Positions 9,815-20,166 of a stretch of DNA of 64,000 bases are shown here, piece after piece. Location of the stretch: the NCBI GenBank assembly GCA_003164895.1, contig PLUL01000039.1, positions 4,307 to 68,306 of the forward strand, read 5' to 3'. The translations under genes were made by a program, and so were the position numbers. Below the pieces are notes generated by a model, which was not told where the DNA came from, did not search any database, and saw only the letters and a program-made list of their open reading frames with translations. Numbering within the stretch: position 1 is the first letter of the stretch; the number at the start of each line of letters is the position of its first letter. The stretch comes from Bacteroidota bacterium. Its GTDB lineage: Bacteria > Bacteroidota > Bacteroidia > Palsa-948.

Positions 9815-10070
9815 CCGCCAATACCTTAACACGAGCGAGCACCGGTTAAGGCGGAGGCACAAAAAGCCCTGTGAGTAAAATTGCTCCGAAAGAGTAGAAA
9901 ACCGCAGGCAATTTGTATCATGGCTACAAAGCCTAAAACACCCGTCAAGCACACGCTGGCGGTAGTAAAGTCGCCAAAAAAAATTGGCGACAAAATTGTA
10001 AAGGCACAGTTCGTGCAAAAGTCACTCACAGGGAATACACTTTTTCCCGTGCCTTATCTAGGTTTTTTCT
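9815..10070 (+). ncRNA. Candidate structured small RNA (rod-like nested helices; family not identified)
   Basis: Non-coding gap with nested complementary segments. GGCAC (9856-9860) pairs with GTGCC (10049-10053), and CCCTGTGAGT (9867-9876) pairs with ACTCACAGGG (10024-10033). Shorter pairings continue inward (TTGC/GCAA, CGAA/TTCG, CAATTTGT/ACAAAATTG). The apical hairpin is GTCGCCAA-A6-TTGGCGAC (9970-9991), a 5' hairpin spans 9815-9854, and a T6 run follows at 10063-10068. Strand is uncertain. Confidence 0.35.
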
Positions 10071-10352
10071 GATGTTGCAAATGTAAAACAGTTATTCTCA
10101 AAACCAGAGGGCGTTGAAAAGTATTTGTTTGGGAATACAGCACAAAGGTTTATTATATGATGGCTATCATGTAATTTACATATAGATTCAGTAAAAAAAT
10201 GCTACTATTTTTCATTGGATTATACTTTTAATCTGAACCTGTAACACTAAAACATTACACTTGAGTGCAAAAAACTTTCATATAATTTGACTTTGATATG
10301 AATATTTATACCTTTACACTTCGTAAATACCCCTAATTCTAAAAACTATATC

Positions 10353-13310
10353 ATGAAAAAAATTTCTACGTTGTTTTGTATCGTGCTTTTTTCCTTTAAC
10401 ACTTCTATTCTGTTTGCCGGAAATAAATGCGAGGTTATTTTATCCGGTAACCATTCACCAAAATCATTCAAGATGGCTCCGAACGTGAAGGAAGGAGATT
10501 ATCTTCCTAATACAATTATTTTTAAAGTGAAATCTCAATATCGTCAAAACTGCAAAGGAAATTCAGTGGACAATCTTCTTCCATTACAGGATTTTTTTCA
10601 GAACGTAGGATTTCAAAATCTCGTAAAGATGTTCCCTAATGAACAAGTTCCATCAAAGGACAGAAATGAACTTGGACAAAAATTAGTTGATATCACACTT
10701 ATTTATTCTTTCAAATTTAATTCGAGTTTAAGTATTGAAAAAGTAATTAACGGTATGCTTTCGCTCGGCTATTTTGAATATGTAGAACCATGGTATGTTC
10801 CGAAAGTTACCCTCACTCCTAATGATCCTAATTTGCCTAATCAATATCATTTACTAGGAACTGGTGTTTTAGGTACCGGAAGTATCAATGCAGAAAATGC
10901 TTGGAACATTCAAACCGGAAATCCAAATGTTGTAATTGGGTTAACCGATACAGGAACCGAATTTACTCACCCTGATCTTGCCGCAAATGTTTACCAAAAC
11001 CCTGGTGAAACTGGTCTCGATGCGTTGGGAAATGACAAGCGCTACAATGGAATTGATGATGATGGTGATGGATATATTGACGACTATAGGGGATGGGATG
11101 TAGGGATGAATGATAATGATGCAACATACCAAGGAAATAATCATGGTGTTGCTACATCGGGTGATGCAGATGCGGTTACGAATAACGGAGTGGGAGTAGC
11201 AAGCCCCGGTTTCAATTGCAAATATATGATGTGCAAAATAGCCGATTCAACCGGTGCATTGGTTGCTGCTTATCAAGGCATTCAATGGCTGGCAAATTAT
11301 TCGGAAGCTCACGGTCATGGTAAGATTACAGTCATCAGCAATTCATGGGGAGGTTCAGGTGGAGGAGCGTTCGGACAAGACATCATTAATTACGCTGCTA
11401 TCAACAAAAACATTCTTATATGCGCTTCTGCAGGGAATAACGGAGCTCAGGATATCGTATATCCTTCTTCTTACAATAATGTTTACCGCGTGTCTGCATC
11501 CACTGCTACTGATGTGATGGCAGGTTTTTCATCCTATGGAGTTGATGTGGACTGGGCTGCACCCGGTAATAATATTTATTCCACTGTTAGCGGAGCTACT
11601 TGGGGATATGACAGTGGAACTTCCATGGCTTGTCCAATATCAGCAGGTACAGCAGGTATTGTTGAATCACAACTTAATTATATAGGTACAGGGAGTGGTT
11701 TTCAATTGGGCGAAAAAATTAAACAGACATGTACACCAATGACAAGCGATGCACAATATAATGCAGGAATGCTTGGTAAAGGAAGAATTGATATGTATAA
11801 AGCATTAACTCAAGCGGCAAAATCAATCATTGTAAATCCTGTTACTGTTACAGATAAAAACAGTAATCTATATCTGCCAGGAGATACATTGGATATCAGT
11901 GGAGTTTTTACCAATTATCTCGATCCATGCAGCAGTGCTGCTACTGCAACACTTTCTGTTGTTTCAGGACCCGGAACTGTAATAAACGGAAGTTTCAATA
12001 TTGGTGCACTGGCAACACTTGGATTAGATAGCAATACCATCACTCCTTTCACTGCTAAAATTAATACCAATGCGGCAGTTAATGCCGATATTAAATTTAA
12101 AATTCATATTGTGGACGGTACTTTTACAGGCGATACTTATTTTGATGTGCTGGTGAATGTGGATTATATTAACATTGCCATCAACGATGTATTTACCTCC
12201 ATCACCAGCAAGGGCAGAATCGGCTACAACCTCGATGCCCAAACACAAGGACTCGGCTTCCAGTATCAAGTTCCAAATCCTGCTGCCGATTTATTATACG
12301 AAATGAGTTTGATGATTGGTGTTTCTTCTACACAAGTTTCGGATATGTTTCGCGGAGCAAGCGTTGGAGATACAGATAATGTTGATTTGCAACGTGTGCA
12401 AAAATATCCAGCCATAGTTTCGGATTTTGATGCAGGCGGAAAATTTAATGATGCGCATTCTAATACAAGCAGCCCAATCCCTGTAGAGGTTCGTCATTAC
12501 GAATATGCTTGGAGCACGGCACCCTATAATAAATTTGTAATAGTAAAATATCATATCAAAAACACTGGAGCTTCCACGCTCAATAATTTGTATGCAGGTA
12601 TTATGGCTGATTGGGATGTTCCGAATGCAAATGCATCACAAGACAAAGGAGCTTATGATGCCCTAAACAAAATGGGATATTGCTGGTATGTTAATGGTCC
12701 ATTATATGCGGGAATAAAACTTCTTAGCAGTACGGCTCCTGCCAATAGTTATATTGTTGATAATGTGGCAACCGGCAATGGAGGAGTTGACGTAACAACT
12801 GCAAGCGGGTTCACTACTGCAATGAAATACACGGTGCTTTCCACACCAAGAAATAATGATGGATACCCTACAGCTGGAGGCGATGTAATGGATTGCTTGA
12901 GCAGTGGTCCATTTATGATTAATGCCGGAGACAGTGTAGAAGTTGCTTTCGCTTTAATCGGAGGCGATAATTTGTCCGACCTTCAGGTGAGTGCTTGTGC
13001 AGCGCAAAATAAATATGACAATACTTGTGCTATGGGTGTGAATGATCTCGAAACAAATAATTTCTGGATGTTCAATTATCCGAATCCTGCAACAAATTCA
13101 GTCAACATTAATTATAATGTTGTGGGATATAACAAAGCAGCAATCAGAATTATGAATACGCTTGGAGAAGTGGTGATGACGCTTGATAATATTCCAGTGG
13201 GAAGAAATAATCTTACGGTTGATGTGTCAAAACTCAGCAGCGGAAATTATTTTTATCAGATGAAAGCCGGCGAAGCTACATTGACAAAAAAAATAACGAT
13301 TGCAAAATAA
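10353..13310 (+). CDS. S8 family subtilisin-like serine peptidase with T9SS sorting domain (inverted paralogue of 1740-4688)
   Basis: Motifs GLTDTGTE, NHGVATSG, GTSMACPISAG are present. The C-terminus YPNPATNSVNINY...GNYFYQMKAGEATLTKKITIAK fits a T9SS tail. Residues ~55-150 are identical to the other copy. Confidence 0.9.
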   Translation: MKKISTLFCIVLFSFNTSILFAGNKCEVILSGNHSPKSFKMAPNVKEGDYLPNTIIFKVKSQYRQNCKGNSVDNLLPLQDFFQNVGFQNLVKMFPNEQVPSKDRNELGQKLVDITLIYSFKFNSSLSIEKVINGMLSLGYFEYVEPWYVPKVTLTPNDPNLPNQYHLLGTGVLGTGSINAENAWNIQTGNPNVVIGLTDTGTEFTHPDLAANVYQNPGETGLDALGNDKRYNGIDDDGDGYIDDYRGWDVGMNDNDATYQGNNHGVATSGDADAVTNNGVGVASPGFNCKYMMCKIADSTGALVAAYQGIQWLANYSEAHGHGKITVISNSWGGSGGGAFGQDIINYAAINKNILICASAGNNGAQDIVYPSSYNNVYRVSASTATDVMAGFSSYGVDVDWAAPGNNIYSTVSGATWGYDSGTSMACPISAGTAGIVESQLNYIGTGSGFQLGEKIKQTCTPMTSDAQYNAGMLGKGRIDMYKALTQAAKSIIVNPVTVTDKNSNLYLPGDTLDISGVFTNYLDPCSSAATATLSVVSGPGTVINGSFNIGALATLGLDSNTITPFTAKINTNAAVNADIKFKIHIVDGTFTGDTYFDVLVNVDYINIAINDVFTSITSKGRIGYNLDAQTQGLGFQYQVPNPAADLLYEMSLMIGVSSTQVSDMFRGASVGDTDNVDLQRVQKYPAIVSDFDAGGKFNDAHSNTSSPIPVEVRHYEYAWSTAPYNKFVIVKYHIKNTGASTLNNLYAGIMADWDVPNANASQDKGAYDALNKMGYCWYVNGPLYAGIKLLSSTAPANSYIVDNVATGNGGVDVTTASGFTTAMKYTVLSTPRNNDGYPTAGGDVMDCLSSGPFMINAGDSVEVAFALIGGDNLSDLQVSACAAQNKYDNTCAMGVNDLETNNFWMFNYPNPATNSVNINYNVVGYNKAAIRIMNTLGEVVMTLDNIPVGRNNLTVDVSKLSSGNYFYQMKAGEATLTKKITIAK

Positions 13311-13369
13311 GTTTAAAATGTTTAAAAGAAAAACCCTGACTCTAAAACGGTTGGGGTTTTTTATTTTAG

Positions 13370-13377
13370 TAAATTTG
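13370..13377 (+). promoter_or_regulatory. Candidate Bacteroidota -7 promoter element (TAnnTTTG) for acnA
   Basis: TAAATTTG lies 49 nt upstream of the acnA ATG and matches the published Bacteroidetes sigma-A -7 consensus TAnnTTTG. No clear -33 TTTG was seen. Confidence 0.35.
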
Positions 13378-13425
13378 CTCCGCAATATTAATACCATGTC
13401 TCACATTTAATAAATAATATATCCT

Positions 13426-15693
13426 ATGGCATACGACATCGAAATGATCAAAAAGCTTTACGCAGAATTTCCAAATAAAATTTCTGCAGCGCGAAAACTA
13501 CTTGGCAGACCGCTCACCTTAACAGAAAAAATTCTTTATACGCATCTTGCAGGTGCGATTCCTGCAAAGGCATATGAAAAAGGAAAATCGTATGTTGATT
13601 TTAATCCTGACCGAGTTGCCATGCAGGACGCCACCGCGCAAATGGCACTTCTCCAATTCATGCAGGCGGGAAGAAAAAAAGTGGCAGTGCCGTCCACCGT
13701 TCATTGCGACCATTTGATTACTGCTAAAGACAGTTCTCAAAAGGATTTGGATCGCGCCATAAAAGTAAATCAGGAAGTTTATAATTTTCTTTCTTCTGTC
13801 TCCAATAAATACGGAATAGGATTTTGGAAACCCGGAGCAGGAATTATTCACCAAGTTGTTTTGGAAAATTACGCTTTCCCGGGTGGAATGATGATCGGAA
13901 CGGATTCTCACACCGTGAATGCAGGAGGTTTAGGAATGATTGCGATTGGTGTTGGTGGAGCTGATGCTTGCGATGTGATGGCAGGACTTCCCTGGGAGTT
14001 AAAAATGCCGAAACTCATCGGAATAAAACTTACCGGAAAATTAAATGGCTGGACATCCGCAAAAGATGTCATCCTGAAAGTTGCCGGAATTCTTACCGTG
14101 AAAGGCGGAACAGATAAGATTGTGGAATATTTTGGAGAAGGTGCGCAATCACTTTCCTGCACAGGAAAAGGAACGATTTGCAATATGGGCGCAGAAATTG
14201 GAGCAACCACTTCTACTTTCGGTTATGATACTTCGATGGAAAGATATTTGAAAGCGACTAATCGTGCGGATGTTGCGGAACTTGCTAACAAAATAAAAGA
14301 ACATCTCACTGCCGATGCAGAAGTTTATGCTGATCCGAAAAAATATTTTGACGAAGTAATCGAAATCAATTTATCGGAACTCGAACCGCATCTCAACGGA
14401 CCTTTCACTCCAGATCTTGCAACACCAATTTCTAAGATGAAAGAGATGGCGCAGAAAAATAACTGGCCCACAAAAATTGAATTCGGTTTGATCGGTTCCT
14501 GCACCAATTCTTCCTATGAAGATATTTCACGCGCAGTTTCTATTGCCAAACAAGCGGTGGATAAAAAACTGAAAGCGAAATCTCAATTCACTATTACTCC
14601 GGGTTCGGAACAAGTTCGTTTCACCATTGAGCGAGATGGTTTCATCAATACATTCAATAGTATGGGCGCAACTGTTTTTGCAAATGCATGTGGACCTTGT
14701 ATCGGTATGTGGGATAGAGTTGGAGCAGAAAAACAAGAACGCAATACCATCGTTCATTCTTTCAACCGGAATTTTGCAAAGCGCGCGGATGGAAATCCGA
14801 ACACGCTGGCTTTTGTTGCATCACCCGAAATGGTTACGGCTTTGGCAATCGCTGGAGACTTGACTTTCAATCCGCTTACAGATACACTTACAAATTCAGA
14901 AGGAAAGCAAGTAAAATTAGATGCTCCAAGCGGTGACGAACTTCCAAAGAATGGTTTTGCCGTGAAAGATGCAGGATATCAGGAACCGGCAAAAGACGGA
15001 AGCTCTGTTTCGATTTTGGTTTCTCCAACTTCCGATCGTTTGCAATTGCTTGACCCATTCACTCCATGGGAAGGTGCTGATTTGAAAGGATTAAAACTTC
15101 TTATCAAAGCAAAAGGAAAATGTACCACCGATCATATTTCAATGGCTGGTCCTTGGTTAAAATACCGCGGACATTTGGATAATATTTCAAACAACATGTT
15201 GATTGGTGCGGTGAACGCTTTCAATGAAAAAACAAATTCAGTGAAGAACGGATTGACCGGAACGTTTGATGAAGTTCCGAAAGTTCAGCGTGCATACAAA
15301 GCAGCGCACATCGGTTCAATCGTAGTGGGCGATGAAAATTATGGCGAAGGTTCTTCACGTGAACACGCAGCAATGGAACCGCGTCATCTTGGTGTTCGTG
15401 CGGTGCTGGTAAAATCGTTTGCACGCATTCACGAAACAAATTTGAAGAAGCAAGGAATGCTGGCGCTTACTTTCGCCAACAAAGAAGATTACAATAAAAT
15501 TCTTGAAGATGATACAATTGATATTGTTGGTTTGAAAGAATTTGCTCCCGGAAAGCAACTTCAGCTTGTTTTGAATCACAAAGCAGGTGGCAGCGAAACT
15601 ATCAATGTAAATCATTCTTACAACGAGCAGCAGATTGAATGGTTCAAGGCAGGTGGTGCATTGAATATCATTCGATCAAATGTGAAAGCATAA
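13426..15693 (+). CDS. acnA: Aconitate hydratase (mitochondrial-type, ~755 aa)
   Basis: Length and motifs match: [27 protein letters not shown] and NACGPCIG (Fe-S ligand cysteines), GSSREHAA. Confidence 0.92.
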   Translation: MAYDIEMIKKLYAEFPNKISAARKLLGRPLTLTEKILYTHLAGAIPAKAYEKGKSYVDFNPDRVAMQDATAQMALLQFMQAGRKKVAVPSTVHCDHLITAKDSSQKDLDRAIKVNQEVYNFLSSVSNKYGIGFWKPGAGIIHQVVLENYAFPGGMMIGTDSHTVNAGGLGMIAIGVGGADACDVMAGLPWELKMPKLIGIKLTGKLNGWTSAKDVILKVAGILTVKGGTDKIVEYFGEGAQSLSCTGKGTICNMGAEIGATTSTFGYDTSMERYLKATNRADVAELANKIKEHLTADAEVYADPKKYFDEVIEINLSELEPHLNGPFTPDLATPISKMKEMAQKNNWPTKIEFGLIGSCTNSSYEDISRAVSIAKQAVDKKLKAKSQFTITPGSEQVRFTIERDGFINTFNSMGATVFANACGPCIGMWDRVGAEKQERNTIVHSFNRNFAKRADGNPNTLAFVASPEMVTALAIAGDLTFNPLTDTLTNSEGKQVKLDAPSGDELPKNGFAVKDAGYQEPAKDGSSVSILVSPTSDRLQLLDPFTPWEGADLKGLKLLIKAKGKCTTDHISMAGPWLKYRGHLDNISNNMLIGAVNAFNEKTNSVKNGLTGTFDEVPKVQRAYKAAHIGSIVVGDENYGEGSSREHAAMEPRHLGVRAVLVKSFARIHETNLKKQGMLALTFANKEDYNKILEDDTIDIVGLKEFAPGKQLQLVLNHKAGGSETINVNHSYNEQQIEWFKAGGALNIIRSNVKA

Positions 15694-15718
15694 CCGAAAA
15701 TAATAATTTGAAATATTA

Positions 15719-15742
15719 ATGCGCTCCAGATTTGGGGCGCAT
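15719..15742 (+). terminator. Intrinsic terminator after acnA
   Basis: ATGCGC (15719-15724) pairs with GCGCAT (15737-15742), followed by TTTTGTTT. Confidence 0.55.
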
Positions 15743-16475
15743 TTTGTTTCTGAAAATATTTTATTTGAAATTTAGATTTACCATAGCCGTAGTTTTTGGA
15801 CTTTTTACTTCAATGTTTTCTCAAGAAGTGAATGTTAAGGGAATTGTTTTTGACCGAGACAGCGTTACAACCATGCCGTATGCATATGTAGTGAATAAAA
15901 ATTCATCGGTCGGAACTTTGTCGGATGAAGCAGGAAAATTTTCGATCCGAATAAAACTTGGCGACACGCTCAGCTTTTCTTATCTTGGTTACAGCGTAAC
16001 AAAACTATTTTCAAACTCGCTGAAAGATTCGATAAAAAACTCTTTGTTAAACATAAAAATATTTATAAAGCCGAAAATTAATGAATTGAAACAAGTAACT
16101 ATTGCTACACATTCGTTTACAAAAGAGCAAAAAGAATATTATGCAAAAAAAGTAGATGAATACCATAGGGGCATGGAATCTCCTCTGGCGGACCCAATAA
16201 CAGCCATGTATTATGCCTGGAGCAAGAAAGGAAAAGAGTTGCAAAAACTTTCGGTGTTGTATCAGCAATTATTGGTTGATGAAGTGAAAGAACATCGATT
16301 GAGCGATCAGAAAATACGTGAGCTTACCAAGAACGATACGATGAATGTAAAAGCATTTCTGAATACCTGTTTTTTGCCAGATCAATTTATTCTGAATGCT
16401 TCTGATTATGAACTGTATTCTGCGGTAAATAGATATTACAGGGAATATATCGAAGCGTACAATAGAAAAAAATAA
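15732..16475 (+). CDS. Secreted protein with carboxypeptidase-regulatory-like (CarboxypepD_reg) N-terminal domain
   Basis: VKGIVFDRDSVTTMPYAYVVNKNSSVGTLSDEAGKFSIRIKLGDTLSFSYLGYS is the typical beta-sandwich signature. The ORF-track TTG start at 15732 lies inside the acnA terminator hairpin. The in-frame TTG at 15765 (MKFRFTIAVVFGLFTSMFSQ, signal-like) is a more plausible start. Confidence 0.55.
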   Translation: MGRILFLKIFYLKFRFTIAVVFGLFTSMFSQEVNVKGIVFDRDSVTTMPYAYVVNKNSSVGTLSDEAGKFSIRIKLGDTLSFSYLGYSVTKLFSNSLKDSIKNSLLNIKIFIKPKINELKQVTIATHSFTKEQKEYYAKKVDEYHRGMESPLADPITAMYYAWSKKGKELQKLSVLYQQLLVDEVKEHRLSDQKIRELTKNDTMNVKAFLNTCFLPDQFILNASDYELYSAVNRYYREYIEAYNRKK

Positions 16476-16479
16476 TTTA

Positions 16480-17919
16480 TTATTTCTTCTCAAGTATTTT
16501 CACTTTATCCTTTAATATTTTCAAAAGTAAATCTACTTGCTTGAGATGTGTTCGGAAAGATAAACAAGCAAATCGCAAAGTGAATTTTCCATCAAGTAGA
16601 GTGGATGAGATGAAAATTCTTCCATCAGCTACCACTTCATCTAAAAGTTTTTTGTTGAATTCATCCGCATTACCTTTTTTGGGAATCCACCGGTAGGTGC
16701 AAACAGAAAGTTCTGGTTCGGTGCCGACTTCAAAACCAAGTTTTTTAATTTCGCTATAGAAATATTTTGCAAGTAAAAGTTTTTCTTCCAGACAGACACG
16801 GAATGGTTTCAATCCCATCAATTTTAATGGCAGCCATAAGCGCAATCCGCGGAAATGTTTGGTAAGTTCAGGAGATAAATCCGCAGGCGACATTTCTTCA
16901 CTCTCAAAAAGCGCATCCTGCAAATATTGTGCCTGATAAAAATGCGACTGGCGAAGTTTCTGCGCATCTTTTACAAGAACCACACCCAATCCGTAAGGAA
17001 GAAATAAACCTTTGTGCGGGTCAATTGTAAGCGAATCTGAAAGTTCAATGCCTTTAAGTTTTTCTTTTCCTTCATCCGTAAGAACAAAGAATCCTCCGTA
17101 GGCAGCGTCAATGTGATACCAAATATTATTTTTCTTCGCAATCTTTCCGATTTCTTCCAGCGGGTCAATAGCGCCAATATCGGTAGTTCCTGCCGAAGCA
17201 ATTACTAAAAACGGATTCAGGTTTTTCTTTTTGTCGTCCGCAATAATTTTCTCTAACTCTTCTGAATTCATTTTGTGCCGTTCATCCATCGGTACATGCC
17301 GGATGATACATTCTTTTAATCCCGCTATACGAATCGCTTTATCTACTGAATGATGAACTTGTTGCGTGAGATAAATTACACTCTTTGAAATATTTTTAGA
17401 TGAAATATTTTTTGCATCACGCGCTGTAACTACTCCCATCAAATTAGCAAGTGAACCGCCTGAAGTAAGATTGCCGGTTGCATTTTGAGGATAACCCACA
17501 ATTCCTGCCATCCATTTGATGAGCATATTTTCCATTCGCACCGCACCGGGACCTGCATAAAAAACCCCTGCATAACGGTTGAAGATATCAGCGAGATAAT
17601 CTCCTAGTGCCGAATAATAAATTCCTCCTCCGGGAATGTAAGCAAGGTGTCCTCCAGAAGCAGGATTCAATCCGGGATAGTCAACATTCTTTTCAATAAG
17701 TTTTATTGCTTTATCGATGGTGATTGGACTTTCGGAGATCGGAGATTCATGCAAAGCAATTCCTTTGTCCGGAGTTACATTATAAGCATTTATTTTCTCG
17801 ATATCATTCAGAAAGTCTTCGCTGTAGGTGACAACTTTTTTTCTCGCTTCCTTGCGTTCATGAGCCGTAGGTTCAAGAAGGCGGGAAATTTTTTCGAGTT
17901 CTTTAATTCTCTTTATCAT
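16480..17919 (-). CDS. Pyridoxal-phosphate-dependent group II (aromatic amino acid / tyrosine type) decarboxylase
   Basis: PLP-lysine motif SLTIDPHKGLFLPYGLG, upstream TSGGSLANL and HIDAAYGG motifs, 479 aa. Confidence 0.8.
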   Translation of the reverse strand: MIKRIKELEKISRLLEPTAHERKEARKKVVTYSEDFLNDIEKINAYNVTPDKGIALHESPISESPITIDKAIKLIEKNVDYPGLNPASGGHLAYIPGGGIYYSALGDYLADIFNRYAGVFYAGPGAVRMENMLIKWMAGIVGYPQNATGNLTSGGSLANLMGVVTARDAKNISSKNISKSVIYLTQQVHHSVDKAIRIAGLKECIIRHVPMDERHKMNSEELEKIIADDKKKNLNPFLVIASAGTTDIGAIDPLEEIGKIAKKNNIWYHIDAAYGGFFVLTDEGKEKLKGIELSDSLTIDPHKGLFLPYGLGVVLVKDAQKLRQSHFYQAQYLQDALFESEEMSPADLSPELTKHFRGLRLWLPLKLMGLKPFRVCLEEKLLLAKYFYSEIKKLGFEVGTEPELSVCTYRWIPKKGNADEFNKKLLDEVVADGRIFISSTLLDGKFTLRFACLSFRTHLKQVDLLLKILKDKVKILEKK

Positions 17920-17925
17920 AGCTGT

Positions 17926-20106
17926 TTATAAATTGCTCATAAAATAGTCCGTAATCTTTTGATACAAATGCACTCGGTCTTTGCCTAAAACATTATGTTC
18001 ATGTCCCGGATAAACAAAATAATCCGGTTGAGTTCCTTTCTCAATACATTTTTTCAGAAATAAAATACTTTGTTGCCACACTACTATATCATCCGAAGTT
18101 CCGTGAATGAGCAAAAGTTTTCCTTTCAGATTTTCCGCATAGTTAAGCAAGCAACTGTTTTTATAACCTTCAGGATTTTCCTGCGGAGTAACCATGTAAC
18201 GCTCGGTGTACATCACTTCATAATAACTCCAGTCAATTACCGGACCTCCGGCAACAGCGGTTTTGAAAATTCCTGCATGACGCGTCATGAGCGAAGTGGT
18301 CATGAAGCCACCAAAGCTCCAACCAAAAACTCCCAGCCGACTTGCATCAACGTAACTTTTTGATTTCAGAAACTCAATGCCTTTTAACTGGTCGTTCATT
18401 TCTTCCGTTCCGAGATTGCGAAATGTTGCCTGCTCAAATTTTATTCCTCTGTTTCCTGAGCCGCGGCTGTCAACCGTGAAAATAACATAACCGTGTTCAG
18501 CCATATATTGAAACCACAGATCGCTTCCTGCAAGCCAGCTACTGGTGACGAGCTGCACATTCGGACCTCCATACAAATAAACTATTGCAGGATATTTTTT
18601 TGTGGAATCAAAATCAATTGGAAGAATCATTCTGCAATAAAGCGTTGTTACATTATCCGCAGCGGTAAGCGTGAACAAACGCATTTTGCCAAGTTTATAA
18701 TCTTTCAAAGGATTTTCTGCTGTAAGAATATTCTGAATTTGTTTTCCGGAAGTTGAGATGACGTTCACAGTTCTTGGAACATTCACTGAAGAATAAGTGT
18801 CAAGCAAATATTTTCCATCCGAACTGATAATTGCTGAATGTGCTCCTTCGCCAGAAGAAATTGCTTCATCAGATGTACCGTCAATTTTACAAAAACAAAT
18901 TTCCCTTCCAAGAATATTTTTTGAATTTATCCCGATGTAAAAAAGTTTTTCTCCATTCTCATCGAACCCAATCACACTTAATACTTCAACGGAATAAGAT
19001 TTTTTCTTATTCGGTGCAGAGAAATTAGTGAGCTGACGAATGAACTTTCCGCTTGTATTGTACAAATAGACATTATTGTAGCCATCCCGCTCACTTTGCC
19101 AGATGAAAAGGTCATCGTGCTTTTTTACAAATTGCATAGGATGCATCGGATGAACATATTTTTCATCTTTTTCTTCAAATAAAGTTTTTTCAAAATCTCC
19201 GGTAAGCGCATTGTAGCAATTGAGCCAGAGATGATTTTGCTCGCGGTTAAGAACGGCAATATAAATATGAGTTTCATTCGGACTCCAGGAAATGTTGGTG
19301 AGAAATTGTTCTTTTGGTTCTCCGGTTTTTAGAAAAATTGTTTTGTGTGATTTCATATCGAACACACCAACTGTAACCTGATGACTTTTTCCGCCTGCCA
19401 TCGGGTATTTTATATTTTCTACCTGTGCCGGCTGCTTGGTAAAATCAATTATCGGATAATCCGTAACCATCGTTTGGTCCATTCTGTAAAACGCCAAATA
19501 ATTTCCTTTAGGCGACCAAAAAGTTCCTTTTGTAATTCCCCATTCATCGCGGTGAACGGTTTTTCCATTCAAAATATTTTTTTCTGCATCGTTTGTAATT
19601 TGAATTTGTTTTCCTTCCGACCAGAGATAAAGATTATTTTCAATCGTGTAAGCAGCATCAACTTCTGCTGAAGGTCGCTCATCAATGTTTTCTGATTCCT
19701 TTGGAATATTTCTTGAGATAAAATTCACTTTCTTATTCGTTAAATCAAAAGTTGCTTTATAATTGTTCGTCTTAAAACTCATTGAATTTCCTTCGCAATT
19801 GATTGACGGAAAAGAACTCAACGTGTCGTATTTGGATGTTTTCAACTGTTCATTTATATTTGTAAGAAAAATTTTTCTTTCCGGAGTTCCTTTTTCTGCA
19901 TTGCCTGTCATCAGCCAATTTTTGTCTTTCCCATAGCCGAGAAAAAAATAATTATCGGATTTTGAAACCCAATTTAGTTGTTCTAATTTTTGAGGAGCAA
20001 GTGTGGTTCTCTGTTTAAGAACAGCTTCTTCCATCGTCAGCATTTTTGTTTGAGCAAACGACATCAGCGAAAAAGTGGAAAGAAAAAGAATGAAAAGTTT
20101 TTTCAT
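17926..20106 (-). CDS. S9 family serine peptidase, dipeptidyl-peptidase IV-like
   Basis: Signal peptide, long N-terminal beta-propeller-type region, and a C-terminal alpha/beta hydrolase with nucleophile elbow GWSFGGFMT plus downstream GTSDDIV and HEH residues. Confidence 0.85.
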   Translation of the reverse strand: MKKLFILFLSTFSLMSFAQTKMLTMEEAVLKQRTTLAPQKLEQLNWVSKSDNYFFLGYGKDKNWLMTGNAEKGTPERKIFLTNINEQLKTSKYDTLSSFPSINCEGNSMSFKTNNYKATFDLTNKKVNFISRNIPKESENIDERPSAEVDAAYTIENNLYLWSEGKQIQITNDAEKNILNGKTVHRDEWGITKGTFWSPKGNYLAFYRMDQTMVTDYPIIDFTKQPAQVENIKYPMAGGKSHQVTVGVFDMKSHKTIFLKTGEPKEQFLTNISWSPNETHIYIAVLNREQNHLWLNCYNALTGDFEKTLFEEKDEKYVHPMHPMQFVKKHDDLFIWQSERDGYNNVYLYNTSGKFIRQLTNFSAPNKKKSYSVEVLSVIGFDENGEKLFYIGINSKNILGREICFCKIDGTSDEAISSGEGAHSAIISSDGKYLLDTYSSVNVPRTVNVISTSGKQIQNILTAENPLKDYKLGKMRLFTLTAADNVTTLYCRMILPIDFDSTKKYPAIVYLYGGPNVQLVTSSWLAGSDLWFQYMAEHGYVIFTVDSRGSGNRGIKFEQATFRNLGTEEMNDQLKGIEFLKSKSYVDASRLGVFGWSFGGFMTTSLMTRHAGIFKTAVAGGPVIDWSYYEVMYTERYMVTPQENPEGYKNSCLLNYAENLKGKLLLIHGTSDDIVVWQQSILFLKKCIEKGTQPDYFVYPGHEHNVLGKDRVHLYQKITDYFMSNL

Positions 20107-20166
20107 ATATAATTTTTAATTGCCAAAGATATATTATTTGATTCTTATGAAATGATAACTTTGTCC

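Noticed and set aside
9815-10070. Identification of the structured region as RNase P RNA, tmRNA or SRP RNA
   Set aside because: I looked for the hallmark motifs: GGAAAGTCCGG and ACAGAA-ACCGGCTTA for RNase P, a tag ORF plus a tRNA-like CCA end for tmRNA, and GGTCAGGTCCGGAAGGAAGCAGCC for SRP. None was found, so the family is left open.
9881-10072. 63-aa Lys-rich ORF (and antisense ORFs 9740-10018, 9826-10029) in the large intergenic gap
   Set aside because: There is no convincing start context and the ORFs overlap each other on both strands. They coincide with extensive nested base-pairing, so the region is better explained as a structured RNA or non-coding DNA.
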